From: Joostella atrarenae
GTDB lineage: Bacteria; Bacteroidota; Bacteroidia; Flavobacteriales; Flavobacteriaceae
DNA length: 64,000 nt
Direction: 5' to 3'
NCBI RefSeq assembly: GCF_021764745.1
Contig: NZ_JAETXX010000008.1
Span: 62,548 to 126,547 of the forward strand
Shown: positions 20,004 through 28,800 of the stretch, piece after piece
Numbering within the stretch: position 1 is the stretch's first letter
Layout: every line of letters begins with the position of its first letter
Notes under the pieces: generated by a model
The model's database searches: none
What the model was told of the DNA's origin: nothing
Seen by the model: the letters and a program-made list of their open reading frames with translations, nothing else
Position numbers and translations under genes: made by a program

Positions 20004-23000
20004 TTATAGATTAATTGTAAATCCTAAGGTGTAAATCCTTGGTAACGGATAATTATCTAAGGTGTCTACTCCTGAATAAGGAACTGCTTCTGGATCTAAA
20101 CCTGAATAGTTGGTTAATAAGAATAAATTTTCAGCAGTAAAAAACACTCTTGCCGATTCCATTCCTATCTTTTTCATCCAATTCTCATTGAAATTATAAG
20201 AGAGATTCAACCTTTTTAATCTAACATAATTTACAGTCTCGATATTAGTATCAACCATCGGGTCTGACTGTGGACCATATCCTAAGTTTGCTGTTGGAAA
20301 AAATGGATCATAAGATTCTCCTGCTTCTGCATAACCAGCCTCAGACCAAAAATCTACATCATCAACATCAAAAAACAATCTACTTAAACCTGGACTTCTA
20401 CTATTAGTGTAAGCAGTATAGGGCACTGCATTAATTATAGATTTTGATAAAGTGTACGTAAATAAGAAATTAAGATTGAAATTTCTCCAAGTGATGTCGT
20501 TATTAAAACCTCCTGTAGCCTTAGGTAACGGACTTCCTTTAAAAACTTTATCTAAATCATTAATTCTTCCATCTCCATTTAAATCAGCAATTTTTTTCAT
20601 TCCCACTTGCGTAGGATATGTATTACCAGCTTGATTTTGGCTAACTACAGATCCATCTACATTATAATAATCTGGAATTTCATCTTCGCTGTTTATGTAT
20701 CCATCCTGTACATAAACATTAAACCCAAATAAAGGATTTCCTAATACAAAGTTATCCACATCTTTATCATTAAAACTCTCTTCAAACCTATTATAGTTTC
20801 TTGCAATATTGAAACTAGATCTCCACTTAACCTCTGTATCTCTTAGTAAATCTAACTGTAATGAAAGCTCTACCCCTTGATTAGATGTAGAAAAAGTATT
20901 TCTCCAAGTAGATGTTTCATAATAAACATTTCCAGGAAGTGCAGCATTATAAATCTGATCTTTATTGAATTTATAGTAATAATCTGCTACTAATTTGACT
21001 CTATATTCAAAAAAGTTTAGGTCCAATCCTATATCAAATTGCTGCGACTCCTCCCATCCTAAATTATTATAAGAAACCTGATCTGGTGCTAAACCTGGTA
21101 CTCCTAAGAAATATGGTGAGTTTGCATCTGATACTGTACCATGAGCTAAGTATGGATCTTTAAATTGTATCCCTGTTACCCCCCAAGATGTTCTTAGTTT
21201 ACCAGAACTAAGCCACCAAAAATCTTGCATAAATTCTTCACTTGAAAAATTCCATCCTGCAGCAACAGAAGGGAAAGTTCCCCATCTATTATCTTCTCCA
21301 AAAGTACTAGAACCATCCGCTCTAAGTGTGGCCTCTATTAAATACTTTTGTTTATAATTATATGCTGCTCTTCCAAAGTAACTAAGCAATGTAGATTGAT
21401 TAAAACTAGAAGAATAGTTTCTAGTAATTATAGATACTCCATTCTGATCTATAACTGCAGCAGATTCTGGTATTTCTGGTACATAATGAATATCATCACT
21501 TGCCATTCCTAATCCTAGTCCCCAATTCACTTTATTTATTCTACTAGTATATCCTTGACCCGCCAATAATTCAAGATTGTGAACTTCATTAAGTGTTTTG
21601 GTATAATTTAGAGTATTCTCCCAACTCATAACTATCCCCATAGTATTCGTCCCTTCTGAACGTGACAAGCCATATTGATCATTTAAATAAGATGGCACAA
21701 ATAAATTATTGGTTACTAAAGAAAAATCTATAGAAGGAGTGGATGTAAAGTTAAAGCCACTACCAATATCCCAACTTACTCTCAAGCCTGATCTTAACCT
21801 ATATGTATTATTTTTCTGCTCTGTATCTGCAATACTATTTGCTTGCTGAATAGCAATAGGATTGTCTATACCATACAACGAAGAAGAGGACACTGGAGAC
21901 CCTACCATATTAGCAGAACCATTATTACTATTAGACCCTAAACCTCGGTTGGTATATGCCATATAATTTGTAGAAGTAATCTTTAAGTTTTTTCTTGGTC
22001 TGATATCCATATTCGCCGTTAGATTATAACGATTAAATGCAGTACCTACCATTATTCCTTCTTCGTTATAATGACCAAGAGCTATATTATATTTAAATAA
22101 TTCTGAACCCCCGTTTACGTTTAAATTTACATTTAGGGTTTTTCCTGTTTGGAAAAAATAATCCCACCAATTTGAACTATTGTTATAATAATTATTCAAA
22201 CTATCTTGTAATTCTGGTGTAAATGCTCCTCCAGTTCTTCCATTACCCCAAAACCAATCTAAAACTCCAGATGTTCCCCAAGACTCTTTATAAGATTCAG
22301 GTATAATGTAAGTCCTTGTGGCAAAGTCATAGTAAGCAGCTGTAGCCCCTTCTGCAAACTTCAAAGCAAACTGACGCTCTGCATTCCCTATAGTTTGTAC
22401 AGGAGTTTTAGGTAATACACTATACCCTGTAGATACACTTGCACTAATCTGTGCTTTTCCTGTTTTACCCTTCTTAGTTGTGATAAGAACCACACCATTA
22501 CTTGCTCTAGACCCATATAAAGCAGCCGCAGAAGCATCTTTTAGGACCTCCATGGATTCTATTGTTGCAGGATCTATATCAGCTAAACCACTAACTCCTA
22601 AACTAGAGTTCGTTTCCGAAATAATTGGAATCCCATCGACTACGTATAAAGGAGATCCATCATTGATTAAACTTCCATCAGGCCCAGCAACCATTAATGA
22701 ATTCTGACCTCTAATATTAACAATTGTACCTGTTCCTCCAGGAGAACCAGAACGATTTGTAACTGCAACTCCAGCCATCTGCCCCTGCATAAGATTTTCC
22801 AGATTTGAAGAAGGCATATCTTTAATTGCGTCTGCTTTTACTGAAGAAACCGAATTGATTAGTTCTTTTTCGGTTCTCTCCCCATAAGCTACAACAGTTA
22901 CCTCTTCTAAAGAGTTTACATCCTCTTCAAGTGTAACTACAAGATTCGTATTTTCACCGATAACTATCTCTTTACTCTTATAACCTAGAAAAGTAACCTT

Positions 23001-23462
23001 AATAGAAGGTGTTACTCCTGGTTTAACAGGAATATCTATAACAAATTTACCTTCTAAATTTGCAGAAACACCAATCATAGTTCCTGTAACCATAATTGTT
23101 GCTCCAGGTAATGTCTCTCCATTAGTACCTTGAACAACTCCCGAAACATTTAAATATTCTTGAAGATTTCTTTTGGCTGGAATAATAAGATATAATTCAT
23201 CTCCTTGAGGTTCTACAATATAATCTCTTCCTACCAATCTTGAAACTGCATCTATAAGCTCTACATTTTCAAAATTTGCTTCTACAATTCTATCTAAATC
23301 TAAGGTTTTACTACTATAGAAGAATTCTACATTTGATTGTTCTCTAATTTCTTTTAATGCTTCATGAAGTGTTACTTCTCCCATATTCATGGTAACTTTT
23401 TGGGCAAAAGCAAAAACTGATACATGCATAAAAACCATAAAAATAAAGAGTGTTCGCTTCAT
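20004..23462 (-). CDS. susC: SusC-type TonB-dependent transporter with N-terminal STN signalling extension (anti-sigma-coupled)
   Basis: The ORF-track start at 23531 adds 23 aa before a clean signal peptide MKRTLFIFMVFMHVSVFAFAQ, so the likely start codon is 23462-23460. An STN-like segment (VTMNMGEVTLHEALKEIREQSNVEFFY) precedes the CarbopepD_reg domain and the TonB box (EEVTVVAYG). The C-terminal beta-barrel ends in ...TINL. Confidence 0.85.
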   Translation of the reverse strand: MKRTLFIFMVFMHVSVFAFAQKVTMNMGEVTLHEALKEIREQSNVEFFYSSKTLDLDRIVEANFENVELIDAVSRLVGRDYIVEPQGDELYLIIPAKRNLQEYLNVSGVVQGTNGETLPGATIMVTGTMIGVSANLEGKFVIDIPVKPGVTPSIKVTFLGYKSKEIVIGENTNLVVTLEEDVNSLEEVTVVAYGERTEKELINSVSSVKADAIKDMPSSNLENLMQGQMAGVAVTNRSGSPGGTGTIVNIRGQNSLMVAGPDGSLINDGSPLYVVDGIPIISETNSSLGVSGLADIDPATIESMEVLKDASAAALYGSRASNGVVLITTKKGKTGKAQISASVSTGYSVLPKTPVQTIGNAERQFALKFAEGATAAYYDFATRTYIIPESYKESWGTSGVLDWFWGNGRTGGAFTPELQDSLNNYYNNSSNWWDYFFQTGKTLNVNLNVNGGSELFKYNIALGHYNEEGIMVGTAFNRYNLTANMDIRPRKNLKITSTNYMAYTNRGLGSNSNNGSANMVGSPVSSSSLYGIDNPIAIQQANSIADTEQKNNTYRLRSGLRVSWDIGSGFNFTSTPSIDFSLVTNNLFVPSYLNDQYGLSRSEGTNTMGIVMSWENTLNYTKTLNEVHNLELLAGQGYTSRINKVNWGLGLGMASDDIHYVPEIPESAAVIDQNGVSIITRNYSSSFNQSTLLSYFGRAAYNYKQKYLIEATLRADGSSTFGEDNRWGTFPSVAAGWNFSSEEFMQDFWWLSSGKLRTSWGVTGIQFKDPYLAHGTVSDANSPYFLGVPGLAPDQVSYNNLGWEESQQFDIGLDLNFFEYRVKLVADYYYKFNKDQIYNAALPGNVYYETSTWRNTFSTSNQGVELSLQLDLLRDTEVKWRSSFNIARNYNRFEESFNDKDVDNFVLGNPLFGFNVYVQDGYINSEDEIPDYYNVDGSVVSQNQAGNTYPTQVGMKKIADLNGDGRINDLDKVFKGSPLPKATGGFNNDITWRNFNLNFLFTYTLSKSIINAVPYTAYTNSRSPGLSRLFFDVDDVDFWSEAGYAEAGESYDPFFPTANLGYGPQSDPMVDTNIETVNYVRLKRLNLSYNFNENWMKKIGMESARVFFTAENLFLLTNYSGLDPEAVPYSGVDTLDNYPLPRIYTLGFTINL

Positions 23463-23581
23463 TATTTTCACAATTTCACATTCATACCGCCTCAGGAAGC
23501 AAGTAGCTCCCTTCGATAGATTTTTTTTCATACATTTATATGATTTTTGTTGTTAATTGATTAGTTAACAGCATCCAAAAA

Positions 23582-23614
23582 CCGGATAGAACGACCAAAT
23601 ACTATCCGGTTTTT
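23582..23614 (-). terminator. Hairpin CCGGATAG-N12-CTATCCGG with flanking T/A runs, between the anti-sigma gene and susC
   Basis: Read directly: aaaaaCCGGATAGaacgaccaaatactATCCGGttttt. A possible intra-operon terminator/attenuator, with T-runs on both strands. Confidence 0.5.
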
Positions 23615-23622
23615 AACTGTTT

Positions 23623-24822
23623 TTATTTTAATATTTTTATTTCATATTCATCATTATTTTTATTCACCTGATACTTTACTTCTGATGTTTTAGCAATCAT
23701 ATCCAATACTTTTTTTATCGGAGTATCTTTCTTAGCTACACCAGTAAAAGGAATACTTTTAAGCTCCTCTTGCTGAAAACTTACTTTAAAACCATACCAT
23801 CTTCCTATTTTGGTTAGTATGGCTTCTAGATTTTCATTATCAAAAAAGAAAACACCATCCTTCCATGCACTAAAATTTCGCACATCAACATCACTTAAAA
23901 ATACTTTTGGATCATTATCAAATTTTAAATACCCTCTTTTACCTGGAGTTAAAACAACTTCTCCAGTTTGCTCCGAAGACAATCTTACTTTACCCTCTAC
24001 GAGTGTTGAAGAAAAGAAATTATCACTTTTATATGCACTCACATTAAAAGAAGTACCCAAAACAGTTACATCCTGATTCTTGGTATGTACAATAAACTGA
24101 CCTTTATTTTTTACTACTTCAAAATAAGCCTCCCCTTCTAAAACTACTTCTCTGGTATCTCCTGTAAAAGCTTCTGGGAATTTTAGAGTTGAATTAGAAT
24201 TTAACCATACTTTAGAGCCATCGGGAAGAATAACATTATAAATACCACCTATTGGAATATATAAAGTGTTATATCCAACCTCTGCGAGATCATCATTGTT
24301 ATCTTCAATTTTATACTCTAATGTTTTATTAGTATTATTAATCTGAGTATGTCCAGAGGAAAAAATAGTTTCATTTTGATGAGCCCCTAAGTCTACCTCC
24401 TTTCCATTAGATAAAACAAGTGTAGCCTTAGGATGACCTGCATTGATTTCTACCAAATTTTCTTCAGTAATTTGATCACTTGTTTTAAAGTTTTTGAAGA
24501 TATACACACTGACTAATAACGCTATTATTAAAATTGCAGCATATTTATACATCCCTGCAATATACTTTTTACGTTTTTGCGTCTTATTACTAGCAATAAT
24601 AGACGTTACTCTTTTATAAGCAGCATCTTTATCTATTGAGTTATAAAAATTTTGCTTAGCATTTATCCTTTCAGGACTAACAATACTATCATATAACTTT
24701 CTATTGTCCTCTTTCTCTAGCCACTCATCTAGCAACGCTCTCTCCTTAGAGTCGATGTCTTCTATAATTGATTTTAAAATCAACTTTTCGATAGCGTGTT
24801 TTGAATGCTGATTCATGCCCAT
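23623..24822 (-). CDS. FecR-family anti-sigma factor (single-TM, periplasmic sensor domain)
   Basis: 399 aa. Central TM helix (AAILIIALLVSVYIF) and a C-terminal FecR/DUF4974-like region. Lies between an ECF sigma gene and STN-containing susC. Confidence 0.8.
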   Translation of the reverse strand: MGMNQHSKHAIEKLILKSIIEDIDSKERALLDEWLEKEDNRKLYDSIVSPERINAKQNFYNSIDKDAAYKRVTSIIASNKTQKRKKYIAGMYKYAAILIIALLVSVYIFKNFKTSDQITEENLVEINAGHPKATLVLSNGKEVDLGAHQNETIFSSGHTQINNTNKTLEYKIEDNNDDLAEVGYNTLYIPIGGIYNVILPDGSKVWLNSNSTLKFPEAFTGDTREVVLEGEAYFEVVKNKGQFIVHTKNQDVTVLGTSFNVSAYKSDNFFSSTLVEGKVRLSSEQTGEVVLTPGKRGYLKFDNDPKVFLSDVDVRNFSAWKDGVFFFDNENLEAILTKIGRWYGFKVSFQQEELKSIPFTGVAKKDTPIKKVLDMIAKTSEVKYQVNKNNDEYEIKILK

Positions 24823-24909
24823 TTTGTTACTTATATATTGAATACTAATAATTATTCAATGGTTCTCAGTATGAAGAGCACAAATAAGAGGAAATGGGTG
24901 GAAAAAACT

Positions 24910-25395
24910 TTAAAAAAATAATCTTTTTAACAAAAACAATATGTAAATGACAAGAAATGAATAATTATTCAAACGACTCTTAAGCAACTCTAAAGCTCTC
25001 GCTCTCTGAGATTTAACAGTATTCACAGATATATTTAAATCTTCAGCAATATCTTTATATTTTAAACCTTCTATACAAGATAATTTAAATACAATTTTAC
25101 ATTTTTCAGGTAATGTCTCTAAAGCATTTAGTAATACAGAATGTACATCCTCTTCTAAAGAGAATTCTTCAGACTCACTCAATTGGTCATACTTTTGCGC
25201 ATCTAAAGAAACCACTTTATCCCTTTGCTTTATAGAGCGCAACGCCATGTTTTTAACCATTGTATAGAGATAAGCTTTTAAGTCTCTAACTTCCTCTAGG
25301 TCTTTTCTTCTTTCCCACAGGTAAACCATACACTCCTCTACAATCTCCTCCGACATACTTTCATCTTTTGTATACTTCATACAAAACGATAGCAA
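24910..25395 (-). CDS. ECF-type RNA polymerase sigma-70 factor
   Basis: Region 2 (YLWERRKDLEEVRDLKAYLYTMVKN) and region 4 HTH (LPEKCKIVFKLSCIEGLKYKDIAEDLNISVNTVKSQ). The in-frame upstream sequence (...SESYKELFYDFYPRLLSFC) is conserved sigma region 2.1 but contains no ATG. The track start is a TTG, so the true start is uncertain and the N-terminus probably extends to ~25430-25460. Confidence 0.75.
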   Translation of the reverse strand: MLSFCMKYTKDESMSEEIVEECMVYLWERRKDLEEVRDLKAYLYTMVKNMALRSIKQRDKVVSLDAQKYDQLSESEEFSLEEDVHSVLLNALETLPEKCKIVFKLSCIEGLKYKDIAEDLNISVNTVKSQRARALELLKSRLNNYSFLVIYILFLLKRLFF

Positions 25396-25832
25396 GCGTG
25401 GATAAAAATCATAAAAAAGCTCTTTATAAGATTCAGATGTGATTTTAGAATTTGCGATAATATTTAATTATTATATGTCCTTTTAATTACTATTTCTTAA
25501 TGAAGGCGCTCAATATAATTCAATTTTATTATATAAACACATCACTATATTACATTCTCCTATAGCCAATAAAACTAAAACCGCGGAAAATTTTAAGGCA
25601 GCAAGAGCAATTGTAAGAATTTTCAACAAAACGTCTGTCGCTTCTTTTCAAACTCAAAGAAGATTAAATCATATTTACTATGAATCTAAGTCTAAAGACT
25701 ATGCGTAAAAACAGAGTTCAGTGGTGATATTTTTTTTATATTTTTTCTCCCACCCCATTATATATTTCTTACGAGAATAGAATTAACACCTTATCCTTGT
25801 AACAAAATGCACGATTATGTACATAAAAAAGC

Positions 25833-25858
25833 TACCAATATCGGCAGCCTTTCTCTAT
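25833..25858 (-). terminator. Rho-independent terminator downstream of the giant ATPase gene (GCUGCCGAUAUUGGUAGC hairpin plus U6 on the minus strand)
   Basis: Plus strand reads aaaaaaGCTACCAATATCGGCAGCC. The same motif family is seen at 15897. Confidence 0.6.
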
Positions 25859-25878
25859 TTGATGTAATATGTTTCATT

Positions 25879-28800
25879 TTACTGGAGTCCCCGTTGGAGA
25901 ACTTCTTTAATACCTTCAAGGTTTTCAGAAAACTGCATCATTTGCGCTAGCACTTGTGCCATTTCATTTTTATCGCCAAAGCCTTTTAGCTTATTATTTT
26001 TCTGAAAAGTTTCCTTTATTTGTTCCCAGCGATCAAATTCAGTAGCACTCATCTGACCTACCAATTCTTTATATTTTAAGAGGTTTGCCTCAGCTGATGA
26101 TGTTAATGTTTGAGATTCACTTTCATAATGCGATAATAATAATGTTTGCAATTCATCATCATTCATTACAGGCACTACTTTAGCCACTAATTTATTCATA
26201 TCTCTATAAGAACCTTGAAGCTTAAATGATGGCTCTACGCGATATTCATCTTCCATAGCTGCACTCTTTATATACATTGTATTAACCTTTAAAATCGAGT
26301 TTCTAATTTTAACGATTTTCTCTAATACAGAAACGTATTCGTCAACCTCTTGCTTTGTATAATTACCTTCAAGATCAACCTCTTTGTTATTGTTCTCAAT
26401 TCTATCTAATAGTCTATAAACATCAGCAAAATTCTTACTGCTTAGCTGATGTAAAACTGGATTGGAAGTAAGCGAATTCTCAATTAAACTTAACCTAAAT
26501 AAATGAGCCGTATCTCCAATAATATCTCCTAAATTATAAATATCTGCCCTATTTGAAAGCATATCAGGAATTCTAAACTTTTCACCGCTCTCAGTATAAG
26601 GATTTCCAGCCATTATAACACAAAATTTCTTCCCACGAAGATCATAAGTTTTCGACTTTCCATTAAAAACACCTTCAACTTTTCGAGTACCATCGGAAAG
26701 GGATATAAACTTTTGCAAAAATTCTGGATTACAATGCTGAATATCATCTAAATATAGCATCACATTGTTACCCATTTCAAAAGCGAGGTTCAACTTCTTA
26801 AGCTCTTCTCTTGCTGCAGAATTATTTGCAGAAGCAGGGTCTACAGAGGTTATTTCGTGACCAATAGCAGGTCCATTAATCTTCATAAAAATAAGACCCA
26901 ATCTATTCGCTATATACTCCATCAACGTAGTTTTACCGTATCCAGGAGGCGAAATTAAAAGCAACATTCCCATTCTATCTGTTCGCTTTTGGTCTCCAAC
27001 CGTTCCCAATTGTTTGGCTAAATTATCTCCGAATAAGGGCAAATAAACTTGATCTATAAGCTTATTTCTAACAAAAGAACTCAATATTCTTGGCTTAAAT
27101 TCTTCTAGCCTAAGCATTTCCTTAAGCGAAACTGTAACTTCATGTTTTGCTCGTTTATAGGCATTATATGCTGGTACTTTTTCAGAAAAATAATTAGTTA
27201 AATGAGAAACAAAATCATGGTAATTAAAATTATAAACACCGTTACGGATAGATAAATGTTCTCCTCGTAGACCTACTATTTCTTCTGATGGAGAAACGAA
27301 TTTAGTATTTAATGCAGACTCATCTCCAAAAAGAATTAAACACACAACCTCATCAACATAGTTTAATTTAAAAGTTAGATTATCCTCTCCTAGACTATGC
27401 AAATAAGCTCCAACCCATTGTTGCACTAATGCTATCTTTGATTCATAAGAACCAAGGTTTTCAAGGCTGTTTTTAAACCTTAAATCACCTTTCTCTTCTT
27501 TTAGTTTATTTAGAAAGCCTTCTTTTATCTGAATTGCTACGCCACTCCTTTTAAAATCATTATCATTCTGAAGTTCTTCAAAAAGATAGTTACTAATATC
27601 AGTTGCTAGACTCGAATTAAAAATGCCTGTATTTTTTGAAAACTCGATAATCGACAATTGAAGCTTTTCTATGATAAAATTGTATTCCTTTGTGTTTGGA
27701 AAAAACTGAATTACATCTCCAGAGGCTTTTATGGTTTGGTTTAAGTGTTTTTTTTGTTCCTCTCCTATAAAGTTCCAAAAATATTGAGCATAAGCTCTTA
27801 TTCTTGGAGGATAAGATAACAGCTCCAAAGCTTTGTGTTTCGCTATAAATACTGATAAAATAGCTGTTGCATCTAAATCGTGTACTCCTTTAACATAACC
27901 CTCAGAATAATCTTTACTACTTTCTTCTTGAACCAACTTTAATAATGCTTCTTCAGAAAGCTCCAAAACATCTTTAGGGAATTTTTTAAAAATCTTAAAA
28001 GCTAAATAAGCACTTCGATACACAACATCGTTTTCCGAAATATAATCTTGGTTCCAAAATTCTTGAGATTCTAATAGCGTTTCATTTTCTATCTTCTGAT
28101 AAAAATCTGTTCCAGTAAGATGGTATTGCAAACTTCCATCAACATATAAAATTGTAAGATCTAAGGATTGATTATTAACACCAAACTTATGCTTTCCTAA
28201 ACGAATTATATTATTGCCATCTTCATATAATTCTTTTTTATCTTTAAGCTTACGCAGCGAATCTTCTTGAGCTGATTTTAATAAAGATTCTATCTCTTCA
28301 GCTTTCCCGCTATCTCCCATTTCTTGGAGCTGCTTAGCAATATCCCGCGACTTACTAACTAGCATGTCTGAAGCGAAATATGCATTTATATCTTTAGCTT
28401 CAGAAAAAGATTCTGCCTTTTTTCTTACCCCATTTAAAATCCTTTCTGCAGAATTTTGAAGAGCAATCGCCCTTTTATTTCTCTTTTCTACTAATTGATT
28501 TTTTCTAGCCTCAAAAGCATTATAGATCTCCTCTCTTTTTTCAATGATAAGACTGATAAACTCTTCAAAATCTGCAAATTTACCTTCTAACTCTTCTAAT
28601 TGAATGGATATTCTTGTTTGGAAATCTTCACACTTCTCTGGTGTATCAGAAATATCCAAGTAGTTAATTATACTCTGATCGATCAATTTAAGCTGTGCAG
28701 CAAAATCTGCCTGAGCTTCTTTGCTTCCTAAAGATTTTTGCTTCTTTTTAATCCTCGCTTTTAATTGATTAATCGTAGAAAAAATTAAAGAAATATTATT

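Noticed and set aside
25396-25878. 483-bp intergenic region checked for tRNA, sRNA or mobile-element ends
   Set aside because: No tRNA-like T-arm (GTTCGAATC-type) motif, no inverted terminal repeats and no direct-repeat target duplications were seen. Only the terminator hairpin at 25841-25858 stands out.
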